64,000 nt of DNA from contig OX597831.1 of assembly GCA_951406725.2 (NCBI GenBank), forward strand, positions 45,756,001 to 45,820,000, given 5' to 3'. The translations under genes and the position numbers were made by a program. Under the pieces are notes generated by a model. It was not told the DNA's origin. It searched no databases and was given only the letters and a program-made list of their open reading frames with translations. This DNA comes from Octopus vulgaris. Its lineage: Eukaryota. Each line of letters begins with the position of its first letter. Within the stretch, counting starts at the first letter, position 1. Positions 1-11,883 of this stretch are shown piece after piece.

Positions 1-121
1 TCTTTTAAAAAAGTATTGCAGTTGATTCATTCGACTAAAAATTCATCGAGGCAGTGCTCCAGCATGGCCACAGTCTCATGACTAAAACAAAAAAAAGTCA
101 AAGAATGTGTTGAAAAATTTT

Positions 122-785
122 GGGATCTTTACTTTTTGACCTACAGACTTAAAAAATAATTGTTTGAAACTAAACACTTTCAAACTTCGGACACTGGTAG
201 AATGTGTCATATAAAACATTTTTTACTCCTAGCATTCTTGAGAAAAACTTATATTTACGAAGTTATTTCACATTGAAGTTCTCATATTTCGGTAATTTCA
301 ACCAATCAATGACGTGCATTCAGCTGAATAAAATTACTGCCGTTGTTTGTCAACAACTATCGGCGATGTATTTTTCATTTGTCACTGTTATTTATGACAT
401 CGTTTGTGCATTTGTACTGGTTTTAAGGTTTTAGGGTCAGGGTTGGGGTTTTAGGGTTAGGGTTAAGGTTTTAGGGTCAGGGTTAGGGTTTTAGGGTTAG
501 GGTTGTCATAAATAACAGTGACAAACGAAATATACACCACTGGAAGTTCTTGTTGACAAACAACAGCAGTAATTTTATTCAGCTGAATACACGTCATTGA
601 TTGGTTGAAATTACCAAAATATGAGAACTTTAACGTGAAATAACTTTGTAAATATAAGTTTTTCTCAAAAATGCTAAGAGTAAAAGATGTTTTATATGAC
701 ACATTCTACCAGTGCCCAAAGTTTGAAAGTGTTTAGTTACAAAAAATTATTTTTAAAATCTGCAGGTCAAAAGGGAAAGATCCAA
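122..785. mobile_element. Foldback/MITE-like element: about 290-bp inverted arms around a TTAGGG-like spacer
   Basis: About 124-415 is the reverse complement of about 500-783 (hence mirror ORFs 204..434+ and 463..702-); centre 420-503 is (TTAGGG/TCAGGG)n. Confidence 0.8.
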
Positions 786-863
786 ATTTTGTTCTTATTA
801 AACTGGTGCTTAGAACATAAATGAACAATAAACTTTTGATTGAAGGTTTCTATTTAAATCCTT

Positions 864-1087
864 TTAACCCTTTAGTGTTCGTATTACTCTGCCAGATGTA
901 ATGCTTATTTATTCATATCATTTTGAATTAATCATGCATTGATAGCTTTGAGATTTTGATGATGTGATTGTTTATTCTTAGAATGACATTTTAGGGTAGG
1001 TGTGACATGCCAGTTCTGGCCAATTTGAACATAAAACAAGTAGAATATTTGGGCTAGATATGGCTGCTTTAAATGCTAAAGGATTAA
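864..1087. mobile_element. TTAA-flanked MITE (piggyBac-like ends)
   Basis: TTAA-CCCTTTAG ... CTAAAGGA-TTAA; other copies at about 2623-2851, 7096-7310 and 27532-28110. Confidence 0.72.
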
Positions 1088-1385
1088 ATCAAGAAATTTT
1101 ATATCACAGGATTGAAGGTGGTTTTAGGTGGTTAGTATTGAAAGGGTTATTCTTGCTAGTAAAATTTACGTCAAAGTCTGTCTTGAGCATAGAAGCATAT
1201 TCCAGTTTCCTTAACTATGTGGTCAAGAAGCTCACTTTGCAAACTGTGGTTTCCGGTTCAGTCCCACTGCATGGCACCTCGGGCAAATGTCTTCTACTAT
1301 AGCTCCAGGCCAACCAATACCTTGTGAATTAATTTAGTCTACAGAAACTGTATGGAAGCCTGTCATATACAAATAGATACATACA

Positions 1386-1416
<31 letters not shown>

Positions 1417-1792
1417 GTACATACATACATACATACATAAACAGACAGACAAGAAGGTAGGTAGGTAGATAGGTAGATAGATAGATAAGTAGGTAGACAG
1501 ACAGACAGACAGACAGACGGATAAATAGATGTAGATATATATATATATATAAGAACTTTAGTTGAACTTATTTTTTGTAAAGCCTGGTACTTATTCTATC
1601 GGTCACTTTTGCCAAACTGCTAACTTATAGGGACGTTAGCACACCAACACCAGTTGTCAAGCAGTGGTGAGGGACAAACACAAGCACAAAGACACACACA
1701 CACACACATACACACACAAACACACACATACACTTCAGTTTTTGTCTGCCAAATCTCTGTGTGTGTCTGTGTGGATTGATGGATGGATAGAT

Positions 1793-1837
<45 letters not shown>

Positions 1838-2188
1838 GAGATAGGTACAACAGGTCCCTTTTCAGTTTCTATCTGCCAAATCTACTCATAAGGCTTTGGT
1901 CCACCCAGGACTAATAGTAGGACCCTAGAACCATGTGGTGGGGAATCAAACTTCTTACCACACAGCCAAGCCTTTGCTTTTTTTTCATTTTTTCCTGGTT
2001 CCAGTCACTGAACTGCAGCTATGCTAGAATACCTCAAAACTAATAAAAGACAAAATCTGCCTGTGTCGACCTGAAGAAGCTTTCTGTACATTGCTGTAAA
2101 GAAACATAATCAAATACCACAAAATATTTCATCTGATGCTCTATTGACTCTGTCATTCATCACCTCCAATTGACAAAAGTATGATAAC

Positions 2189-2979
2189 TATTGGGATGTC
2201 CGGAAAGTTTGTGCCGATTTATAGTAGCTTACCTTTCGACTTATTTTAGAACATGGTTGAGTCCATAAAATAGGATTTGACTACACCACCATTTAGAGCA
2301 CAATTTAATCTTTTCGTGGAAGAAGGCTTATGTTCCTACAACCTGTGTTAATTCTGTAACCCTTTAAAATGGAAGATAAGAAAGTTCATTTTCGGCACTT
2401 GATGCTTTGGGAACCAGACAAAAATTGCTGCAGCTCGGCGGGGATGTGTTACCCCACCCTCCATATTCACCAGATATTGCTCCTTCGGATTTCCATTTAT
2501 TCAGGTCTCTGCAGAATAGTCTTAAGGATAAAAATTTCAATTCCTTGGATGACATAAAAAGATACCTTGATGAATTCTTTGCCATGAAACCACCTCAATT
2601 CTGGGAAGAGGGTATTTTCAAGTTAATCCTTTAGTGTTCACATTATTCTGCTGAAATTAATGCTTTTTCTTCCACACTGTTTTGAACTAATCATGCCTTA
2701 TCTTGTAGCTATGAGATTTTGATGAGGTAGCTGTTAATTTTTAAGATGATATTGTAGGGTCGGTGTGAGAGGCCAGATCTGGCCAGTTTGAACATAAAAC
2801 AGGCAGAATACTTCTGGCCGGATATGGCCAGTTTAAATGCTAAAGGGTTAAAGGAAATATGGAGACACATTGTGCAACAAAATGGTTCATATTTGGTTGA
2901 TTAAAAATGTAATGCCAAGTGTTTATTGACCTTTTTTTTTCCTTTAAAAGTCGGCATGAACTTTCTGGACAACCCAATA
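2189..2979 (+). mobile_element. Internally deleted mariner element interrupted by a TTAA MITE
   Basis: TIRs TATTGGGATGTCCGGAAAGTT / AACTTTCTGGACAACCCAATA; HPPYSPDIAPSDFHLFRSLQNSL motif in ORF 2407..2634. Confidence 0.9.
2623..2851. mobile_element. TTAA MITE nested in the mariner
   Basis: TTAA duplicated at both ends; mariner sequence resumes after it. Confidence 0.8.
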
Positions 2980-3013
2980 TAAGCTCTATAAGCACAGAGG
3001 TTTATATACATAC

Positions 3014-3093
3014 CTTTTTCATTTAGAATCATTTCAGAAATCCCAATTTGTTCATACACTGCATGACATGTTTGACTCAGAGCAAGGGTTGAA
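3014..3093 (-). CDS. MYCBPAP: MYCBPAP-like exon (HSTLALSQTCHAVYEQIGISEMILNEK); gene continues beyond the window start
   Basis: TTTATTTTTAG acceptor and GTATGT donor; phase 2->1, continues the frame; E..G....I..EKG motif. Confidence 0.78.
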
Positions 3094-4192
3094 CTAAAAA
3101 TAAAATATAATCTTTAAAATGAATATTCACATATTCTTTCATTCTTTCATTTGTTTCAGTCTTTTGACTGTGGCCATGCTGGAGCACTGCCTTTAGTAAA
3201 AAAAAAATCGATCCCAGTACTTATTCTTTGTAAGCCTAGTACTTATTCTATCAGTCTCTTTTACCGAACTGCTAAGTTACGGGCACATGAACACACCAAC
3301 ATCGGTTGTCAAGCGATGGTAGGGGGAACCGATGTTGGTGGGGGCAAACACAGAAACACAAACATATACATACATACATACATATATATATATAAAACCT
3401 GCTCTGTGTAAGCCTTCAACTTGTTTGGGCACGCTTATGTTAAAAAACAATTTTAGAATTATTTTTTTCTGTCAAAACACTAAAAATAACTGACCAATAA
3501 AAAAAATAACCAACCAAGATTCAACCAAATCAAAAAATAAACCCAAATACTAAGCGAACAATAATGAACCATCCCACTGCCATTGCGCATGCACACGCAC
3601 ACACATAAACATGCACACCCACACATGCATGCATGCACACACACACACACATACATATTAGATACCCGCTTTTACATACACACATATATATTCACACAGA
3701 GTTCAAACATTGTTTGATTTATTTTTTTCAGCATACAATTTTCATCATCCCACTACCAAGTATGACATCACCCCTTTCTCATTCATAAACACAAGAGTAT
3801 TAGTATTATTATAGTAGATTATCTTGGTAACCATGGGAGCTATCAAAAAAAATACAAAGCCCAGCATCACCACTGAATCATTCTACATATATCTGTGTAA
3901 TTTTTTGCGCAATTCCACCCAGCCATTTGACCATGAATCGCAAGACAAGAAAGAATTTCCCATGTCAAATTTATATGTTTAGACATATACGACAGGCTTC
4001 TTTCAGTTTCCGTCTACCAAATCCACTCAAAAGGCTTTGGTCAGCATGAGGCTATAGTAGGAGACTCTTGCCCAAGGTGCCACACAGTGGGACTGAACTT
4101 GGAACCATGTGGTTGGTAAACAAACTACTTACCACACAGCCACTCCTGCGCCTATATATACAGAAATATATAAAAAGAATTCAAAATTATAT

Positions 4193-4592
4193 AGGCGTAG
4201 GAATGGCTGTGTGGTTCGTAGCTTGCTTACAAACCACATGGTTCTGAGTTCAGTCCCACTGTATGGCACCTTGGGCAAGTGTCTTCAACTATAGCCTCGG
4301 GCCGACCAAAGCCTTGTGAGTGGATTTGGTAGACGGGAGCTGAAAGAAGCCCATTGTATATATGTATGTATATATATATATGCGTGTGTGTGTGTATGTT
4401 TGTGTGTCTGTGTTTGTCCCTTAACATCGCTTGACAACCGATGCCGGTGTGTTTACATCCCTGTAACTTAGCAGTTCAGCAAAAGAGAACCGATAGAATA
4501 AGTACTAGGCTTACAAGTGCTCGACTTATAAGTGCTCGACTAAAGGCGGTGTTCCAGCATGGCCGCAGTCAAATGACTGATACAAGTAAAAA
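4193..4592 (+). mobile_element. tRNA-derived SINE family A, near full length
   Basis: GGCGTAGGA.TGGCTGTGTGG head, GTTCAGTCCC B-box-like motif, central (TA/TG)n and shared 3' end; more than 10 copies in the window (e.g. 27586-27995-, 32457-32866+, 34698-35100+). Confidence 0.85.
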
Positions 4593-5072
4593 GAGAGAAA
4601 GAGAGAGAGAGCAATTCACACAATCTCGAAAATTCTGAAAGAATCTCAAAACATTCAAAAGTTTCAGAGTTATGAAGTTTTAAAGTTCTAAAGATTTAAA
4701 AGTACTAGAGAGGTTGTGTTGTTTCCAGCAAGACTAAAAGATCCTCTGTATCCTGCATTGCCTATATTCACCAACCACTGCACAAAGTATATTGAATATG
4801 TTTTATCATGGCACCAGTTTTAGAGAGACTATTTTGTTTCTGACAAGATTAACGAGTATTCTTTATTCTCTTACTTTCTCTATTCTTTTCATTTGTTTCA
4901 ACTATTGGACAACAGCCATACTGGAGCACTGCCTTATGGGTTCATTTGAACAAATCAGCCTCAGTATTTATTTTTGCAGAACCACTAAGTTATAAAGACG
5001 TAAACAAACCAACACCACATTATTTACATTATTTACATTTGACGGATATTTGTCCTCATCTTGTTTGTTGTT

Positions 5073-5118
5073 AACACAATGTTTCAGCTGATATACCCTC
5101 CAACCTTCTTCAGGTGTC
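5073..5118 (-). ncRNA. Degenerate hammerhead-like motif
   Basis: GACAC-CUGAAGA-A-GGUUG..CAGCU-GAAAC-AUU-GUGUU. Confidence 0.4.
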
Positions 5119-5312
5119 TTGGGGAAATTTCAAACCTGGGTTCTCATTCATAAGGTATTTTTCGATGATCGAACTCGGAATCTTGGGGTTAGTAGCCTGC
5201 GCCGCAGGCTACTAATCCCAAGATTATAATAATAATAATGATGATGATGATGATGATAATAACATTGAAAAATAACCTTATGAATGAGAACCCAGGTTTG
5301 AAATTTCCCCAA

Positions 5313-5355
5313 GACACCTGATGAAGGTTGGAGGGTATATCAACTGAAACGTGTT
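5313..5355 (+). ncRNA. Degenerate hammerhead-like motif (inverted partner)
   Basis: GACAC-CUGAUGA-A-GGUUG..CAACU-GAAAC-GUGUU; cleavage-site region deleted. Confidence 0.35.
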
Positions 5356-6545
5356 AACAACAAACAAGATGAGGACAAATATCCGTCAAATGTAAATAAT
5401 GTACATAATTCCTCATCTCTTAAATACAGAACTGTAAAACCAGCAGCAGTTGTCAAACAGTGATGTGGGAGGAGGGACGGCAAAAACCGACAAAATGATA
5501 CATGCACACACATCATCCTCACTTCATCAACATTTAATGTCTGCTTCCCATATTGACATGGGTATTGGATGGTGTTTCAAGAGCCAATGAGCTAGTGTAC
5601 TGTGCCAAGCTCCAATGTCTGTGTTGGCATGGTTTCTACAGCAGAATACCCTTCCTAGTGCCAACAACTTTACAGAGTGCATATGTCCATATATGTATGC
5701 ATGTGTGTGTGTGTGTATATATATATATATGCATGTATGTAGAGAGAGAGAGAGGTAGGTGGGTACACAGACAGACAGACGATAGATAGAGAGGGGGGGG
5801 GGGGGGAGAGATGTGATGTGATGTGTTTCCGCCCAATTTCTGTCTACCAAATTCATTTACAAAGCATTAATCGGCCCAACTGCCTGAGGTGCCACACGGT
5901 GGGATTGAACCCAAAACCAAAAGTTCAAAAGTGTACTTCTTCACCACACAGCCATATTTGCAACTATAAATTTCAAATTTGTAAAAATATAAAGTTTTTG
6001 ATAAACTGAAATCAGAGTAGGAAAAAAGTCTCAAGTTTAAATTCAAACTAAAATTGAAATTCAGAAAAAATTTTTTTTTAAATTGATAAATAAAATTATC
6101 TGCTTGAATGCAGATTTCAGGGATTTTTTTTTTTTTTCTCTTAAGCAAATTTATAAGAGTTTACATTTCAATTTCAGATTCTAAATTTTGTTTTTAGTTT
6201 CTTTCCATTTTCCTAATTTTAGTTTATGTAAACATCTCACTTTTATCCATTTAATATTTCTCAAAAAAAAAATTGATAAAAAAAACTCAAACAAGAATTT
6301 CCATCTTTATTTTGAAGTTTAAATTGATAAGTCAACAAGTAAAATCAAAACTTCCATTAATTTTATAGCTTCCATTAAAATCAACACCAAAATTTCACTT
6401 TTTATCATTAAAACTAGTGATAGATCTTCATGATGGTTAGTTTCAGTATAACACATGTCAAGGCATTATAGTGCATTCGCATATCCAACTTTCACTTTAA
6501 AGCACCATTCACACAAGAAAAACACACACACAAATCAAATTCGAT

Positions 6546-7010
6546 GACTGGTATCCGTGCTAGTGGAGCGCTAAGAGCACCATCCGAATGTGGTCGTTGC
6601 CAGAGCAGCTAACTGGCTTCTGTGCTGGTGGCACGTAAAAAGCACCATTCGAGCGTGATCGTTACCAGGGTCTCCTTACTGGCACGTGAAAAAACATTCG
6701 AGCAAGGTCGTTGCCAGTGCCGCTGGACTGGCTCCTGTGCAGGTGGCACGTAAAAAAACACATTTGAGCATGGCCGTTGCCAGTACCACCTGACTGGCCC
6801 TCGTGCCAGTGGCACGTAAAAGCACCCACTACACTCTCGGAGTTGTTGGCATTAGGAAGGGCATCCAGCTGTAGAAACTCTGCCAGGTCAGATTGGAGGC
6901 TGGTAGAGCCATCTGGTCTGCCAGTCCTCAGTCAAATCGTCCAACCCATGTTAGCATGGAAAGCGGACGTTAAATGATGATGATGGTGATGATGATGATG
7001 ATGATGATGA
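6546..7010 (+). mobile_element. SINE with tandem 60-nt modules, RTE-like 3' end and (GAT)n tail
   Basis: Recurrent TGCCAGT..ACTGGC..GGCACGTAAAA.GCACC; ends CCAACCCATG.TAGCATGG...(GAT)n; reverse copy at about 25262-25700. Confidence 0.75.
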
Positions 7011-7413
7011 CAAACACACAATATAAAGATAAATATGAAACACCTATGCAAACCTCTGCTGTCTCCCTTTGATTTCTCACCTGTCATTTTTTTCCTTAAC
7101 TCTTTAGCATTCAGATTCCTCTCCCAAATTTTAATGCTTACTTATCTACATTGTTTTGAATTAATTATGTATTATCTCATAGCTTCAAGATTTTGATGAT
7201 GGAGTTGTTAATTTTTCAAATGACATTGTCAGGTAGGCATGAGAGATCAGATCTGGCCAAGTTGAACATAAAATAGGTAGAATATTTGGGTTAGATATTG
7301 TTGGTTTAAATGATGTTGAAGAGTATTTCTCTACTCAAGTTTGATAAATATCAGTTAATATACAGCATTGGGGGTGGGTTGCATGCGCATGCATATGTAT
7401 ATATGTATGTATG

Positions 7414-7453
<40 letters not shown>

Positions 7454-8163
7454 TACATACATACAACTGTTCTTTGATGAGCTACTCAGTGCAATGTGAC
7501 TATACTCTTTACTCTTTTACTTGTTTCAGTCATGTGACTGTGGCCATGCTGGAGCACCACCTTTAGTCAAGCAAATCGACCTCAGGACTTATTCTTTGTA
7601 AGCCTAGTACTTATTCTATCGGTCTCTTTTGCCAAACAGCTAAGTAACGGGGACATAAACACAACAGCATCGGTTGTCAAGCGATGTTGGCGGGAGGGGA
7701 CAAACACAGACAAACAAACATATACACACACATACATATATATATATATATCATTCGCCATGATAGATCGTTAGCCACTACACACATTTTTTTCTCTCCT
7801 TGTTTTTGTCTGCGTCCCTTTCTGTAGAAGAGCATAGGCTCGAAATGTAAAAGAATTTTTTCAATTCCTGAGCATTATACTAATACATCTGTTTGTTTTG
7901 TACACCACCTGTCTTCATCTTTTGTTTTTTTTGTGAATTCTCCCTATATATATATATATATATATATATAAGTAGTTGAATGAATTATCCTAGCATGGAA
8001 AATTCGGTTAACCAATACCTGGGTAGCAAATTCACATTAGAAAACACGGTTGAAGCTACATGTCAAGGGTAGAAACTCCGGGCGGGTTCTTGTGTGGAAA
8101 TTTGTGTTTTTTTTTATATGAATAAATGAAAGAATGGAGTCGAACGAAGATATTAACAAAATT

Positions 8164-8258
8164 CCTTTACTCTCGACACATGTTTCGAAGACAGCATACT
8201 CTTAATTCTGAAAGAATAAAGGTTGCATTATGCCATCTTCTCATCAGGAAAGATAAGG
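8164..8258 (-). ncRNA. Minimal type-I hammerhead ribozyme motif in a Penelope-like repeat
   Basis: CUUUC-CUGAUGA-[GAAGAUGGCAUA/UAUGCUGUCUUC 12-bp stem II]-GAAAC-AUGU-GUC-GAGAG; core intact. Confidence 0.75.
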
Positions 8259-9723
8259 AGCCTCTTTCAGCCTCAAGACGAACAAAAACTTTTTGATGAC
8301 TGCCTACATGGTGCCCACAGTGATAATGAGTGTATTTTTTTAAAATAATCCGTTATAAGCAATGACGTCAAAATTGGTTGGAAGGAGGAAGTACTAAAAA
8401 TAGTTAGGGGACAGTATGTATGCTGTATGTATGGGGATGTGCGGGTGTTTGCTTGTGTTAATGAGTGCGAGTGTTTATGTGTGTGTATGAGTGTGTGTAT
8501 ATAACTGCATTTGTGTATGTGTGTGTATGTGTAATTGTGTGGGGGGGGACAAATGTCAAATATATTTAGTAGTAAGGTGACAAATTTGTGTCTGTATGTT
8601 TGATTGTGTGTGTGATAGAGAGAGAGAGAGGGGGGAGAGGTAGAGAGATAGAGATAAACTTACGTCAACGATATTTAGTAGTAATGTAACATGCAACGGA
8701 GTAGAAAGAAAGAATTTGTCTATGGCAGTGGTGTAGATGTGAAGCTAATTATTAAAACTAAAGAGGTTATCTATATTATTTATCATTTATATGAATGGAA
8801 AGTGTGCTTCTGCCAATGCTTACACTTGTACGATTTTTCTATGAGTGTGTTTACTAGGGGAACCTTAGTGAAAAGGATATAGAAGAGTTCAGAATTACAA
8901 ATGCCACAAAATTTTCTGCCCAGAAAATTTTGGTGGTGGTGGTGGTGGTGATGATGATGATGCACTTGTCCAAGTAATCTGAATGCTAAAGGGTTAGGAC
9001 TATAAAGTATGGAAAAAGGACTGTTTAGACAGGTTTATTATAATTGCTGTATAAAATATACTGAGAAAGTTCACACATCCTAAATGAAACAAAAAGCAAA
9101 TTAAAAAGTGACCTTGAATGTAGCTGATGCCAGGGTCACGTAACTGACACGTTAAAAGCACCCTTCAAACATTGGGTGACATGCTGTGCTTGAGAAGACC
9201 TCGAGTCAAGTGAAATCATAGTCATGGCCGATGCCAATGCCATCTGACTGACACCCATAAAAAGCATTGGACCTCACGGAGGCAGTGAGAGGTGACTGAG
9301 ACCTTTGACAATATACCATGTTTGTGAGACCATAGTTGTGGCCGATGTCAGTGTCAGGTCAATGGCACCTATACCGGTGGCAAGTAAAAAGCACCTACTA
9401 CACTTTTGGAGTGGTTGGCATATGGAAGAGCATTCAACTGTAGAAACCTTGCCAGATCAGATCGGAACCAGGTGCAGCTCCCCAACTTACCAGATTTCAG
9501 TCAAACCATCTAATCCATGCCAGCATGGGAAACGGGCATTATATGATGATGAACTTTACCATTGTAGACAATGAAAGTGTATCTGCTGTAAAGTTAACAG
9601 TGTGGATATCACATGATCAGGATTTCCATGACAAACAAAAATGTTTTTTTTTTATATAAGAATAAATACAGTAGATGTAAATTAATGGCAAAGTATAAGT
9701 GGTGACAATTATAAAATACATAC

Positions 9724-9787
9724 TGTATGCCCTTTAATGCATCGCCAAATCTTTTTTGTTGTTTCCAAAATGAAACTGGTGAATGAC
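9724..9787 (-). CDS. MYCBPAP: MYCBPAP-like exon (CHSPVSFWKQQKRFGDALKGI)
   Basis: FW.....GD...G motif; TTTTGCAG acceptor and GTATGT donor; phase 1->2. Confidence 0.82.
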
Positions 9788-10430
9788 CTGCAAAATAATA
9801 ACAATTATTATACAACAAATCTGTAAGATTGATTCCTTAGTCATTCTATGCTATTTTAAGTTTGCCAACTTCATCATTTTGTTACGTTTCATAAACCAAT
9901 ATTTCTTACAACAGTTATCCTCCAAGAATAACTCAGGCTAGTACAAGAAACCATCCAAATTGACCTAACACACACTTTTTTTCCATCACTGAAGCAATTT
10001 TTCTTCTATAGAAATTTAATATCTTTCTTGAAAAGATAACAAGTTCATATTCTTAAAACACCCAGATCATAGGTTTGACGTCTGTGATTTGCACTGAATA
10101 ATTCAATCAGTGAACAAAATGTATTATACTTTTTGTTGCATTTGTTTGAAAAATAAATACCAATTCCTCTCTGACTAAAAAAAAAAAAAACACCCTGAAT
10201 TCCTATAGATATCTTTTACCATTTATATTTTACTTGTTTCAGTCATTAGACTTTGGCAATGCTGGGGCATCATCTTGAAGAGTTTCTTAGTGGAACAAAT
10301 CAACTCTAGTATTTATTTCTTAAAGTCTGGTGCTTATTCTAACAGCCTCTTTTGCCAAACCGCTGAGTTACAGGAACATAAACAAACCAATTCCAGTTGT
10401 CAAATTGTGGTGGGGGATAAACACAGACAT

Positions 10431-10511
<81 letters not shown>

Positions 10512-10968
10512 ACAGGCTCCTTCAGTTTCTGTCTACCAAATTCACTCACAAAGTTTTGGACAGTCCAATGCTATAATAAATGATACTTGCCCAAGGTATC
10601 ATGCAGTGGGACTGAACTCAGATAGGTTTGTATGATAAGAAGCAAACCTCTTATCACACAAACCTTTCCAACACAAATGTGAACAAAAAAAAACAGAAGT
10701 AACTTTAGAACATAGATTCTTCTCGATGATTTTCATTACAATGGTTCTTCGACTTAAGGATATCAACCAGGAAACTAGTTATCCTTTATAATTTATGGTA
10801 AAAAAAAACTAATTCTTCATTTATTCACTCCAAAATTAATAAAGATGTACAAAGTTTAAAATTTTCTGCAACATTCATGAAATAAAGCAACAGAAAACAT
10901 TTTCTAAACCATAATGTATGGTAAGTAAGAAAACAATGGAATTTTCATTTAAATATAATATTACTTAC

Positions 10969-11061
10969 ATTCTATTGAATCTGTTTCACGGGTTTTCCTG
11001 TTTCCAAGAAGACTATCTCCTCGATTCATTACTAAATCAGCTGGGTCTCTTTGAATTTGTT
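10969..11061 (-). CDS. MYCBPAP: MYCBPAP-like exon (QQIQRDPADLVMNRGDSLLGNRKTRETDSIE)
   Basis: CCTTTTTCCTAG acceptor and GTAAGT donor; 93 nt, phase 1-1; P..L.M..G motif. Confidence 0.8.
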
Positions 11062-11489
11062 CTAGGAAAAAGGACATTTCAACAAATACAGAACCATAAA
11101 AACAACTTCTGACAAAAACATTTAGCTACACCTTACTCATTATCTAAACAGGATATGTTATCAATACTTATAAAATAAACACTGCCTGTCTGTTTGGAGA
11201 ACTAATCATTTAACATTCTCTTCCTTTGTCCTATGAATGAAGTAGGACTCAGAGGAATAATATCTGATTATATTATTTCAATAAGATATAGGGAAGTTCT
11301 TTTTCTTTCCTTTTTTTTTTTTAATTGAAGTTGATATATCTTGTTTCCTCAAGACTCACTTTCCAAATTCCATACTTAATACTGTCTCCCAATCCTTTTG
11401 CCATAAAACTGCATCTAGTGCCAGTTACCTCCCCTATCAATGTCTGCTTTCCAACCACTAACCTGCAGTTGAACAGCAACAACAACAGT

Positions 11490-11700
11490 GGAGGCACAAT
11501 GGCCCAATGGTTAGGGCAGCGGACTCGCAGTCGGAGGATTGCGGTTTCGATTCCCAGACCAGGCGTTGTGTGTGTTTATTGAGCGAAAACACCTAAAGCT
11601 CTACGAGGCTCCGGCAGGGGGTGGTGGCAACCCCTGTTGTACTCTTTCGCCCCAACTTTCTCTCACTCTTTCTTCCTGTTTCTTGTCCCCGACTTCCTAC
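11490..11700 (+). mobile_element. tRNA(Arg)-like-headed SINE family B
   Basis: TGGCCCA.TGGTTAGGGCAGCGGACTCGC...TTCGATTCCC head; copies at 12864-13148, 29705-30017, 54195-54490, 55290-55483 and 59750-60037. Confidence 0.82.
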
Positions 11701-11883
11701 ACAACTGCTGAGCCTGGATGCACATTCATCCATCCGTCGATGCTCTCGGTGTTGGGGGTTGACCTGCTTTCTCTTCTGCGGGTCTTACGAATAACAAAGG
11801 ACCATGTTTTGGACTTCTCCCATCTTGTGAGCTCTGGGACGAAGATCATTCGCTCAACAGCAACAACAACAATATAACTGCCT

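Larger units (their letters stand above)
5020..5405. repeat. Inverted repeat of a Penelope-like terminal repeat with a central hairpin
   Basis: 5020-5165 is the reverse complement of 5265-5405; 5180-5224 is a near-perfect 22-bp hairpin. Confidence 0.8.

Noticed and set aside
420-503. TTAGGG repeats as a true telomere
   Set aside because: Short, degenerate and internal to an inverted-repeat element.
204-702. Two similar ORFs (MSYKT...) on opposite strands
   Set aside because: Mirror images produced by the foldback arms; no protein features.
9560-9585. Candidate micro-exon
   Set aside because: 26 nt breaks the frame; exons 9724-9787 and 3014-3093 join correctly without it.
11490-11563. tRNA-Arg-like gene
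   Set aside because: No proper acceptor stem; runs directly into a multi-copy SINE body.
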